A stretch of DNA of 63,850 nt, filler included. It is 4 parts of 4 records of this genome, joined end to end, with 100 filler letters (N's around TTAATTAATTAA, not from the genome) between each part and the next. Parts side by side here need not be neighbours in the genome. Positions count along the whole stretch, not along the records: positions 1 to 29,103 come from SRR2962707_880; 3 more parts are not named here. One strand, given 5' to 3'. The first letter of the stretch is position 1. Each line of letters starts with the position of its first letter. The notes beneath the pieces were generated by a model. It saw only the letters and a list, made by a program, of their open reading frames with translations, searched no databases and was not told where the DNA came from. Shown here one piece after another: positions 9,338 to 17,709 of the stretch. The translations under genes and the position numbers were made by a program.

Positions 9338-11115
9338 TAGAAGTCCGGTAAATCAAGCTTTCTGGAGATTCTGCTTGCTGTATTTAGGAGCCCTACGTGG
9401 CTATATGCTTGGGGAAAATTGCCCCACATGCTTCCATCATCTGCCTTCACATCTTCGCTTAGCAAGCCCACGTGATTGGAGAACGTCATGAGTTTTTCAA
9501 AATACTTCAATGACTCATCAATCCGCCCGACGCAAGCTAGCGCTTCAACATACCAGAATGCGCAAATAAGAAAGGTGGTTTCCGGCTTGCCAAAGTCATC
9601 TTCGAACATGTATCGGTAGAACAGTCCGTCTCCGGCATGCAATTCCTTTTCCATGGCTTTCAAGTGGTCTTTAGCTGCCTCGATGTTACCTGGAAGGTAG
9701 TTCATGAGGATCAACTGAAGATTGCTGGCATCCATCCGGTCTACACCAACGGCCTGTGCATATCCTTTTTTGGAATCCACGTAACACTTCTCAATCATCT
9801 TTGCTGCCCGATCTTTCAATTGAGTAGCCAGCTCTCCAATTTTATCGTTCTTGAGTGTTCGTGCAATCTTAATTGCCGCACTGCTTCCGGCCCAATGAAA
9901 GAGATAGGTATAACAATGGTGCTGGGCAAGATTTCTGAATTCCCAAAGACCGGCATCCTTTTCATCAAAGGTTCGCTCAATCATTTTCAGCGTTTTAAAG
10001 ATCAATTCAGGTGTGTTGAATCGCTCATCGAAGATGATCCGCTCATCATTGAATAAGGGTAGTAGCGATACCAATACCTGCCCGTATACATCATTTTGAA
10101 TATGAGTATATGCATCGTTTCCGATTCGCACAGGTGTATTATCCATGTAGCCTTTAAGTGCTAGCTCTTTTTCCTCCAATCTTTTAGTACCATCGATCCC
10201 ATAAAGTGGTTGATAGCGATCAGATTCCTCTATGGTGGTATTCAGTATGTAATGAAAGTACTTTTCAGACTCCTCGAAGTGCCCAATATTATTAAAAGCA
10301 TTCAGGGTGTAATAGGTATCCCGCATCCAACAAAATCGATAATCCCAGTTTCTGGTGCTTCCCGGGCTTTCAGGAAGACTGGTGGTAGTGGCAGCCACGA
10401 TGGCACCTGTGTCTTCGTATTGATGGATTTTTAGAATCAATGCTGATCGAATCGCTTGCTCCTGGTAGAAGTTGACAATGTTGGCAGATTTGATCCAGTT
10501 CTGCCAATAACGTTTGGTTTTTGACAGGAAGATTTCACTCGTTTCCTCCAGTGCGGCTTCAAGAGGAGGCCCCCAGGTCAGTACCAGGTATTTGGTTTCG
10601 TTAAGCACAAAACTCTGTCCTGAGAGGATATTATTTAATGAAATGTTGGTAGTGAGTCGAACAGATGCATCCAGTCCAAGAAACCGGATGTGATTACTAC
10701 CAAGACTCGGTTCTGGTTCCAGATCACCGTAGTTTCCTTTCGGTTTGCAATTGACTTGAATTCTTGGAGTACCTGAGAGTTGCTCGATTTTCCTTACGAG
10801 CATCAATGGCTTGAAATAGCGGTCTTGTTGAAAAAACCTTGGAGCAAAATCGGTGATTCGGTATACGCCTGAAGGAGAGGTAATTTCAGTACAGAGAATG
10901 TTGGTGTTTTCCAGGTAATACTGGTTGGAATTTTTAATGCCATCCACTGGCTGAATGGAATATTCACCACCCTTTTCAGTATCGAGAAGATCGCCGAAAA
11001 TAAAACTGCTATCAAATCTTGGCCAGCACATCCATGAGACATTCGAATTCTTATGAATATGTGCGGTATAGGCACAGTTGCCAATTACTCCAAAATCATA
11101 TGTATGTCTAGCCAT
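9334..11115 (-). CDS. Glycoside hydrolase family 15 (trehalase/glucoamylase-like)
   Basis: TTSLPE..G.TRNWDYRFCWMRD, GLWEFR, GLLSED and GNFPQAYSHVGL motifs. Confidence 0.93.
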   Translation of the reverse strand: MARHTYDFGVIGNCAYTAHIHKNSNVSWMCWPRFDSSFIFGDLLDTEKGGEYSIQPVDGIKNSNQYYLENTNILCTEITSPSGVYRITDFAPRFFQQDRYFKPLMLVRKIEQLSGTPRIQVNCKPKGNYGDLEPEPSLGSNHIRFLGLDASVRLTTNISLNNILSGQSFVLNETKYLVLTWGPPLEAALEETSEIFLSKTKRYWQNWIKSANIVNFYQEQAIRSALILKIHQYEDTGAIVAATTTSLPESPGSTRNWDYRFCWMRDTYYTLNAFNNIGHFEESEKYFHYILNTTIEESDRYQPLYGIDGTKRLEEKELALKGYMDNTPVRIGNDAYTHIQNDVYGQVLVSLLPLFNDERIIFDERFNTPELIFKTLKMIERTFDEKDAGLWEFRNLAQHHCYTYLFHWAGSSAAIKIARTLKNDKIGELATQLKDRAAKMIEKCYVDSKKGYAQAVGVDRMDASNLQLILMNYLPGNIEAAKDHLKAMEKELHAGDGLFYRYMFEDDFGKPETTFLICAFWYVEALACVGRIDESLKYFEKLMTFSNHVGLLSEDVKADDGSMWGNFPQAYSHVGLLNTASRISRKLDLPDFY

Positions 11116-11363
11116 GATGCAGGTTTAGGTATTTATCGTTCGGGAAAGACGGAAAATTATGTATGAATGATGAAGAATCTAAGGAATGATGACTGAAACT
11201 GCGAAAACGATTTAAACCGATAGTATAGTTCAAAATCAGCCAAATTGAACAATTTGAGCCATTTTTTGGTTGTATTAGTACAAAGCAGTCCGGGGAAAAT
11301 TGAATTAACACTTCATTCTACCTGGGATGTGCACTGGATGTTTAACCTTAAAGCGAAGAAATC

Positions 11364-11723
11364 ATGGAAGACGAGAAAATTTTAGATGAGGTAGAAATCG
11401 ATAACAAAAACAAGTACGAAGAAAGCATAAAAGCCTTTGCCGACAGGCTGGGAGAGCGAATCAGTCTGCTCAAAAAGAAAACGCATGAGGTTGAGGAATC
11501 AGCAAGAACATCCTACAATGAAAAGATCGAAAAGCTGAATCAAAAAAAGCAAACTATCATGGATCATTACCATGACATAAAAGACACCAGCGAATCCCGT
11601 TGGCATGAGATCAAACATGACACTTCTGAGAAAATAGAAGCCATCAAAGAAGAATCACATACGGCGTATACTGGTATCAAAAAAGGATTTGCCTACCTGT
11701 TTGAAACGCTGAAAAAGGCTTAA
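11364..11723 (+). CDS. Small charged coiled-coil hypothetical protein
   Basis: 119 aa E/K-rich heptad pattern, followed by a terminator. Confidence 0.75.
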   Translation: MEDEKILDEVEIDNKNKYEESIKAFADRLGERISLLKKKTHEVEESARTSYNEKIEKLNQKKQTIMDHYHDIKDTSESRWHEIKHDTSEKIEAIKEESHTAYTGIKKGFAYLFETLKKA

Positions 11724-11743
11724 TTCAGCTTGAAATCAATACG

Positions 11744-11770
11744 AACCTGGTGGAAACATCAGGTTTTTTT
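11744..11770 (+). terminator. Intrinsic terminator
   Basis: AACCTGGTG-GAAA-CATCAGGTT hairpin with T tract. Confidence 0.8.
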
Positions 11771-11868
11771 GTGTTCGGAGGATATTTCTTACAACCGGGG
11801 GGCATTTCTGGCCGATGGTTTATATACTTGCCGTTTTTAGTTTTTACAAAACCCCTAATAAAAGTAAG

Positions 11869-12351
11869 ATGAAGAAAGTATTACTGTTCGTATGTTTAGT
11901 TGGAAGCCTGAGCTTTGCCCAGTCACAAGAGACGAAAGAATACACCGATGAAGAGCTGAAAAGTTATGCTGGTGTAATGGTGTGGGCAGAAGTTGAGAAA
12001 AGTAAGATGACAGATATCTACAATGATTGGATTAAGAATGATCAAGTTCTAAGCATTCCTCAGTATAAAAACTTAAAGGATGCTGATGGCGATTCTATCA
12101 AGATTAAGGAAGCAGGTGCAACTGATGATGAGCTAGCAGCATACAATCAAATCATAGCGAACTATGATTCAATGACTACAGCTTTCAAAGAATTATATAT
12201 TTCTAGGATTAAAGAAGATATTGGAGCGGGATTATACAATTCTTTGAATAAAAGTTTAAAGAAAAACGATGAAGTTAAGACTCGATATGAAGCAATTTTC
12301 GAGGAACTTAAAAGTGAGGCAATGTCAGATGATGATGAATCTGAAGAATAG
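11869..12351 (+). CDS. Secreted hypothetical helical protein
   Basis: Signal peptide MKKVLLFVCLVGSLSFAQ from the ATG at 11869, better than the 11815 start. Confidence 0.75.
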   Translation: MKKVLLFVCLVGSLSFAQSQETKEYTDEELKSYAGVMVWAEVEKSKMTDIYNDWIKNDQVLSIPQYKNLKDADGDSIKIKEAGATDDELAAYNQIIANYDSMTTAFKELYISRIKEDIGAGLYNSLNKSLKKNDEVKTRYEAIFEELKSEAMSDDDESEE

Positions 12352-12370
12352 CGAGTAATGATATGAATAT

Positions 12371-12403
12371 AAAAAAAGGGCCATGATAATCATGGCCCTT
12401 TTT
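12371..12403. terminator. Bidirectional intrinsic terminator
   Basis: AAAAAAAGGGCCATGA-TAA-TCATGGCCCTTTTT between convergent genes. Confidence 0.9.
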
Positions 12404-12416
12404 ATTAATGGTCAAC

Positions 12417-12950
12417 TTAAGATTTCACCAACTGTATGTTCAAATGAAGCTTCACATCATCTCCAACCACAACACCTCCTGCTTCAGTCACCATGCTCCA
12501 GGTCAACCCGAACTCTTTTCTATTGATCACACCGGTAATCTCAAAGCCTGATTTCGTCTGACCGTAACCGTCTACCATGGTTCCACCAAAGTCAACATCA
12601 AGTTCTACTTGCTTTGTCACGTCTTTGATAGTCAATGGTCCAACCAGTTTATAACCCTCTCCGGATTTATTCAATTGTCCTTTGAAAGTAATGTTTGGAT
12701 ACTTTTCTGCTGCGAAAAAATCCTCACTTTTAAGGTGATTATCTCTGTCGGCAACATTGGTATCGATACTGCTGGAATCCAGACTGAATGATGCTTCAGC
12801 GCCATCAAAATTGTCTTCGTCAGCTTCCAACTGTCCCTCGAATTTCTTGAAAGTGCCTGTAACGGTAGATATCACAAGGTGCTTTACTTTAAACTGTACT
12901 TCGCTGTGTGTTGGATCAATTTTCCACAAGGTTTTAGTTAACGTTTCCAT
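12417..12950 (-). CDS. YceI-family protein
   Basis: WKIDPTHSEVQFKVKHL, SIDT..RDNHL.S.DFF and INRKEFGL motifs. Confidence 0.95.
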   Translation of the reverse strand: METLTKTLWKIDPTHSEVQFKVKHLVISTVTGTFKKFEGQLEADEDNFDGAEASFSLDSSSIDTNVADRDNHLKSEDFFAAEKYPNITFKGQLNKSGEGYKLVGPLTIKDVTKQVELDVDFGGTMVDGYGQTKSGFEITGVINRKEFGLTWSMVTEAGGVVVGDDVKLHLNIQLVKS

Positions 12951-12976
12951 ATTATTCTATTTTTTACTATTTAAGT

Positions 12977-13003
12977 ATGTAACAACATTAACTGTATATA
13001 CAT
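12977..13003. promoter_or_regulatory. Two TGT-N4-ACA palindromic boxes upstream of the YceI gene (putative repressor operator)
   Basis: ATGTAACAACAT (12977-12988) and TGTATATACA (12993-13002). Confidence 0.4.
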
Positions 13004-13117
13004 ATAAATTGTTCTGTATTTATCAAAATATTTTCTGAGATAGTGTCAATGATTTGAAAATGAGCGATTTACAATCACTATTTATCAATTGATGAATAGA
13101 TTGTCTATCTTTAATCC

Positions 13118-13492
13118 ATGCAGTTCACCATACTAATTAGCCTCCTTATTGCCTGTAACTACTTACTTCAGGCTCAGGAATCTGTAAAAAATCAATCTGA
13201 TGACTGTGAGATCTTTGCCGAGAAATCAGGCGTTGATCGAGAACAGCGATTTAAGGAACTTCGGGAATTGGAAGGAGATTCTGTGATGGTGCAGGTCCTT
13301 AACAAGAAAGGAAATGTAACGCGAGAAATCAAAGGTGTCGTGAAGAATCTCACCCCGGACATGGCCAGACGAGCAATGGCACACACAACGCTTATTTTGG
13401 GAGAGCGAAAAAAGAACGGTAAGATCGATCGACGAATGTTTTCTACAACAGAATCAACAACGCGTATCATCCTAATCGGATGTGATGAGTGA
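13118..13492 (+). CDS. Secreted hypothetical protein
   Basis: 124 aa with signal-peptide-like N-terminus ending LQA-Q. Confidence 0.65.
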   Translation: MQFTILISLLIACNYLLQAQESVKNQSDDCEIFAEKSGVDREQRFKELRELEGDSVMVQVLNKKGNVTREIKGVVKNLTPDMARRAMAHTTLILGERKKNGKIDRRMFSTTESTTRIILIGCDE

Positions 13493-13494
13493 TC

Positions 13495-14223
13495 TTACTT
13501 GTAGATTAATTCGGTCTCAGCAAACGAGTTTACATCAAATAGCTTGTTGTCAAGTGTTTTGGGGTAGGTGATGTCATAATACTCTTCCTTCATCACAAGA
13601 CTTCCGTTGTTGTAAAACAAGACTTCTGGAGCTATCCAGGCTTTTCCACCTTTCTGATATTTATTGAATCGGGTTTGTGTTTTGTTTCCATTTGGCATTA
13701 CGGATTCCATTTTCACAAAAAGTAATCGGCCTTTTTCTATCCATGCCTGTTTAGTGTCCGGGTTTCCGATAATGTAATATTGAGCATCTGATTCAAAATA
13801 GGCAAGATCAAAACCCGACTCCTCAAGTTTGTTTAGGCTCAATTCCGGACTGTCGAAGTAAACACTGAATCCCAAAATCAGCAATTCATGCTGTCGTCTC
13901 ATTTTTCTTGCCAGAGTACCACCCTGAAATACGTACATCGAATCACGTTTAAAAATGATCCCGTTTTCAGCATCAGGCGCACCGATTTTTATGATCAACC
14001 CTTGAGGCATTTTCATCGCTTCGTACCACGTTTCCTCTTTCGATACTTCATTGTTTTGATAGAATGTGGTCTTTTGTGTGAATGTGAGATTTGAATACCA
14101 CTTCTTATTGTATTTCTTATGCATGGCTTCAATCAAAGCTGTGGTGTTATCAATTCTTTGAGCGGGTGCAACCAAAACAAGGATGAGTAATCCAATAAGA
14201 AGTAAGTACTTTTTCATTGCCAT
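13495..14223 (-). CDS. Secreted hypothetical beta-rich protein
   Basis: 242 aa; signal peptide MKKYLLLIGLLILVLVAPAQ. Confidence 0.75.
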   Translation of the reverse strand: MAMKKYLLLIGLLILVLVAPAQRIDNTTALIEAMHKKYNKKWYSNLTFTQKTTFYQNNEVSKEETWYEAMKMPQGLIIKIGAPDAENGIIFKRDSMYVFQGGTLARKMRRQHELLILGFSVYFDSPELSLNKLEESGFDLAYFESDAQYYIIGNPDTKQAWIEKGRLLFVKMESVMPNGNKTQTRFNKYQKGGKAWIAPEVLFYNNGSLVMKEEYYDITYPKTLDNKLFDVNSFAETELIYK

Positions 14224-14308
14224 ATTATTTGAAATGCTAAAAAGAGTAATTTCCTGATAAATCGTATTTATTAGTTAATCGATTGGTGAGAAATTTTGAT
14301 AAAAGGTG

Positions 14309-15130
14309 CTATGCCAATCGAATTCCGTCTTTTTCCAAAGCAATGAGCTTCTTCTTGTAGAGAATACCCACCGACCGCTTAAAATTCTTCTTGCTCATCT
14401 GTAGTACCGATTGAATTTCTTCAGGTTCACTTTTATCATGAATGGCAAGAAACCCATTGTTGACCTTGAGTTCATCTAAAATTTGCTGAGCGCCCAATTC
14501 CAGATTTTCCATTCCCTCTTTTCTTAAGCTAATATCAAGCTTACCATCCGGTCGTACCTTTTTTACAAATCCCTTTATTCGATCTCCTTCAAGCACATCA
14601 TGAAACAGGTCATTTTCGTAAATCAATCCCCTTAAGGAGTTGTTCACGATGACATTAACACCTAAATCACTGCTGTCTGTGATGAGGAGGTCTACTTCTT
14701 CACCTTCGGAAACATCCGGTTGTTGCACGATGTATTTAGCGACCTTGGCAGTCGCTGCGATACGATCTGTTTTCTCATCCAGGTATAAATACACCAAAAC
14801 CCAATATCCTCGCTGGAGCTTTACTTTTTGTTCTTTGAAGGGTACCAGCAGATCTTTATCAATGCCCCAGTCCAGAAATGCTCCTACATTGTTCGTGTCT
14901 TTAACCTTCAGGTAAGCAAATTCATTGACACTCGCATGAGGCTTTTGAGTGGTGCAAATGATACGATCTTCTGAATCCCGGTAGACAAAGACATCCAATT
15001 GAGTCCCTTTCTTGGTACCATAAGGGATATACTTGTTTGGTAGCAAAACATCGATCTCACCGTCCGTGAGAAACGCCCCTGGTTCGGTGATTCTGTCTAC
15101 TTTGAGGGAGTGGTATTGGCCAATATTCAT
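14309..15130 (-). CDS. CvfB-family S1 RNA-binding protein
   Basis: VLLPNKY, VFVYRDSEDR, GAFLDWGIDKDLLVP and C-terminal MSKKNFKRSVG.LYK winged helix. Confidence 0.92.
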   Translation of the reverse strand: MNIGQYHSLKVDRITEPGAFLTDGEIDVLLPNKYIPYGTKKGTQLDVFVYRDSEDRIICTTQKPHASVNEFAYLKVKDTNNVGAFLDWGIDKDLLVPFKEQKVKLQRGYWVLVYLYLDEKTDRIAATAKVAKYIVQQPDVSEGEEVDLLITDSSDLGVNVIVNNSLRGLIYENDLFHDVLEGDRIKGFVKKVRPDGKLDISLRKEGMENLELGAQQILDELKVNNGFLAIHDKSEPEEIQSVLQMSKKNFKRSVGILYKKKLIALEKDGIRLA

Positions 15131-15135
15131 TTCGG

Positions 15136-15789
15136 TTAGATCCTCATCTCAGGAATGTCGCCTTCTACCACTAATCGACCTGCAGTGGCATTTTTAATCT
15201 CTTCAACTGATACACCTGGTGCTCGTTCTATCAGCTTGAAACCCTCAGGCGTTATGTCAAGAACTGCCATATCAGTCACTACTTTTTTCACACATTGCAC
15301 ACCGGTAATTGGCAGGGTGCACTCTGATAATAGTTTGGATTCACCAGCTCTGTTGGTGTGCATCATCGCTACAATAATGTTTTCAGCTGAGGCTACCAGA
15401 TCCATGGCACCACCCATACCTTTCACCATTTTGCCTGGTATTTTCCAGTTCGCAATGTCACCATTGTCTGCCACCTCCATGGCACCAAGTACAGTTAGTT
15501 GAACGTGCTGACCCCTGATCATAGCAAATGAAGTGGCCGAATCAAATATGGATGCGCCGGGAAGGGTCGTGACGGTCTGCTTTCCTGCATTGATAAGATC
15601 AGCATCTTCTTCACCCTCAAATGGAAAGGGCCCCATACCCAGCAGTCCATTCTCAGATTGAAATTCCACACTAATTCCCTCCGGGATGTAATTAGCCACA
15701 AGTGTAGGGATACCAATACCAAGATTGACATACCAGCGGTCTTGTAATTCCTGAGCGATTCTTTTTGCTATTCCGTTCTTATCCAACAT
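15136..15789 (-). CDS. scoB: 3-oxoacid CoA-transferase subunit B
   Basis: VNLGIGIPTLV, QSENG (catalytic Glu), GMGGAMDLV. Confidence 0.95.
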   Translation of the reverse strand: MLDKNGIAKRIAQELQDRWYVNLGIGIPTLVANYIPEGISVEFQSENGLLGMGPFPFEGEEDADLINAGKQTVTTLPGASIFDSATSFAMIRGQHVQLTVLGAMEVADNGDIANWKIPGKMVKGMGGAMDLVASAENIIVAMMHTNRAGESKLLSECTLPITGVQCVKKVVTDMAVLDITPEGFKLIERAPGVSVEEIKNATAGRLVVEGDIPEMRI

Positions 15790-15866
15790 AATTTCTTTGG
15801 TTAATGAGTCTAATAGTGAATTAGTTGATTGGTGTTCCTTTCACTAATGAACTAATCTACTTTTCA

Positions 15867-16562
15867 CTAATTTCTAACAGTTCTCTGTTCAATTCGCTTC
15901 TCGTAATTCGGCCCCTGGAAGATTCGTTGAACGAAAATCCCCGGCGTGTGAATGAAGTTGGGGTCAAGTTCTCCTGGCTCTACCAATTCTTCTACTTCAG
16001 CAATGGTGATTTTACCTGCCATGGCCATAGGAGGGTTGAAGTTTCTTGCCGTTCCTTTGAAGACCAGGTTTCCGGCTTTATCTCCTTTCCATGCTTTTAC
16101 AATGGCAAAGTGAGCTGTCAGTGCCGACTCCAGGATGTGAGGTTTACCGTTGAATTCTCTCACTTCTTTTCCTTCTGCTACCTCGGTTCCAAAACCCGCA
16201 GGAGTAAAGAAAGCAGGGATGCCTGCTCCACCAGCCCTGCATCGTTCTGCAAGCGAGCCTTGTGGGATGAGGTCCACCTCTAGTTCGCCGCTCAACATTT
16301 GCCTTTCAAACTCAGCATTCTCCCCGACATAGGAGGAGATCATCTTTTTGATTTGTTTCTTCTGAAGCAGTAAGCCCAGTCCAAAATCATCCACTCCGGC
16401 ATTGTTGGAAATACATGTCAACCCTTTGACACCAGACTTAACGAGCGCAGCAATGGAATTTTCAGGAATTCCGCATAGGCCAAATCCACCCAACATCAGG
16501 GTCATGTTATCTTCTATTCCCTTGATTGCTTCTTCTGCGTTTGCAACTACCTTGTCTATCAT
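15867..16562 (-). CDS. scoA: 3-oxoacid CoA-transferase subunit A
   Basis: [38 protein letters not shown]. Confidence 0.95.
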   Translation of the reverse strand: MIDKVVANAEEAIKGIEDNMTLMLGGFGLCGIPENSIAALVKSGVKGLTCISNNAGVDDFGLGLLLQKKQIKKMISSYVGENAEFERQMLSGELEVDLIPQGSLAERCRAGGAGIPAFFTPAGFGTEVAEGKEVREFNGKPHILESALTAHFAIVKAWKGDKAGNLVFKGTARNFNPPMAMAGKITIAEVEELVEPGELDPNFIHTPGIFVQRIFQGPNYEKRIEQRTVRN

Positions 16563-16637
16563 ACCTTCAAGTTAGACAGCAAGATTAAATAAAAAAAACA
16601 GTCCGGAGTTAACGATGACCCCAGGGATTATTGAAGG

Positions 16638-17708
16638 TTAATTGTTGATAGCGGAGAGGAAATGATTGCCCACTTTTCCCACGATACTTTTGATTCCATC
16701 GGCCTCAATATTACCCAGAATGACAATGGTGAGGTCAGAATCAGGGTAGATGAGCAACACTGCACTTCCACCCATGCCACTACCAGTGTGGATATAGTAG
16801 TTGACACCTTCACTCGATTGATTGATTCCCAAACCATAGGTATACGTACGAAGGTCAGGGTTCAGCGACGCGTATAAAGTTGAATTATTATTTGACTTTT
16901 CCTCTTGCAGTACGCGCATGTGAAGCATTGCTAGTGCAGAAGCGGTTCCAATATATCCACCGCCTCCAAACTTACAGCTATTATCCACTTCGGTTTCTTT
17001 ACCTGATTTCTTATCAGCTTTCCATTTCTCATATCTGCTTGCCTGGTCAGGAATTAAATCAAGACTGGTAGAAAGTTGTAATTCCTTAACAGCTCTTGGT
17101 ACTAAAACATAGGTTCTAATGTGATCATCGAAAGAATCTCCAGTGATCTTTTCCAGTAAATAGGAGAGGAGCACATAGCCAAACGAGCTGTAAGAATGTT
17201 CAGTTCCTGGCGTGGATTGCAGCGGATCATTGATAAAAACATCTAATGCATCCTTGGGTGTCTCGCAGTTATTCTTGCTAATCTTTAACCACTCTCCCTT
17301 GTTGTAATGACGAACTCCTGCAGAGTGATTGAGGAGTGTCCGGATGGTCACATCCTTGTAATGGGAGGGTAGCGAAGGGTCATAACTGGTGACTGACCGA
17401 TCCAGATCAACCTTTCCATCCTGAACCAATTGGTAAAAAGCCAATCCGACAATGGATTTGGACAGACTGTAGTAATAGAACTTGCTAGCTGAGGTAGTCA
17501 ACTTTTCAGTTTCGGCATTTGAATAACCAAATCCTTCAGCCCAAACAATCTCGTCTTTTACACCTACGGCTATGGAAACACCAGGATATTCTTCCAGAAT
17601 GCTTCTGACTTCTGTTCTTGAATTCTCAATGGCAGATGCAAACTCCTGTCCATTGGATAGTAACGGGACGAATAAGAGATATAAGAACTTATACTTCATA
17701 TGTCTCAT
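16638..17708 (-). CDS. Serine hydrolase of the beta-lactamase/AmpC-like family, secreted
   Basis: SxxK (SLSK), LLNHSAG, YSSFGY and HTG motifs; signal peptide. Confidence 0.9.
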   Translation of the reverse strand: MRHMKYKFLYLLFVPLLSNGQEFASAIENSRTEVRSILEEYPGVSIAVGVKDEIVWAEGFGYSNAETEKLTTSASKFYYYSLSKSIVGLAFYQLVQDGKVDLDRSVTSYDPSLPSHYKDVTIRTLLNHSAGVRHYNKGEWLKISKNNCETPKDALDVFINDPLQSTPGTEHSYSSFGYVLLSYLLEKITGDSFDDHIRTYVLVPRAVKELQLSTSLDLIPDQASRYEKWKADKKSGKETEVDNSCKFGGGGYIGTASALAMLHMRVLQEEKSNNNSTLYASLNPDLRTYTYGLGINQSSEGVNYYIHTGSGMGGSAVLLIYPDSDLTIVILGNIEADGIKSIVGKVGNHFLSAINN

Positions 17709-17709
17709 C

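Noticed and set aside
9637-10434. Short antisense or nested ORFs from the track (e.g. 9637-10056, 15825-16283, 31947-32645)
   Set aside because: They shadow well-supported genes on the other strand and show no recognisable motifs.
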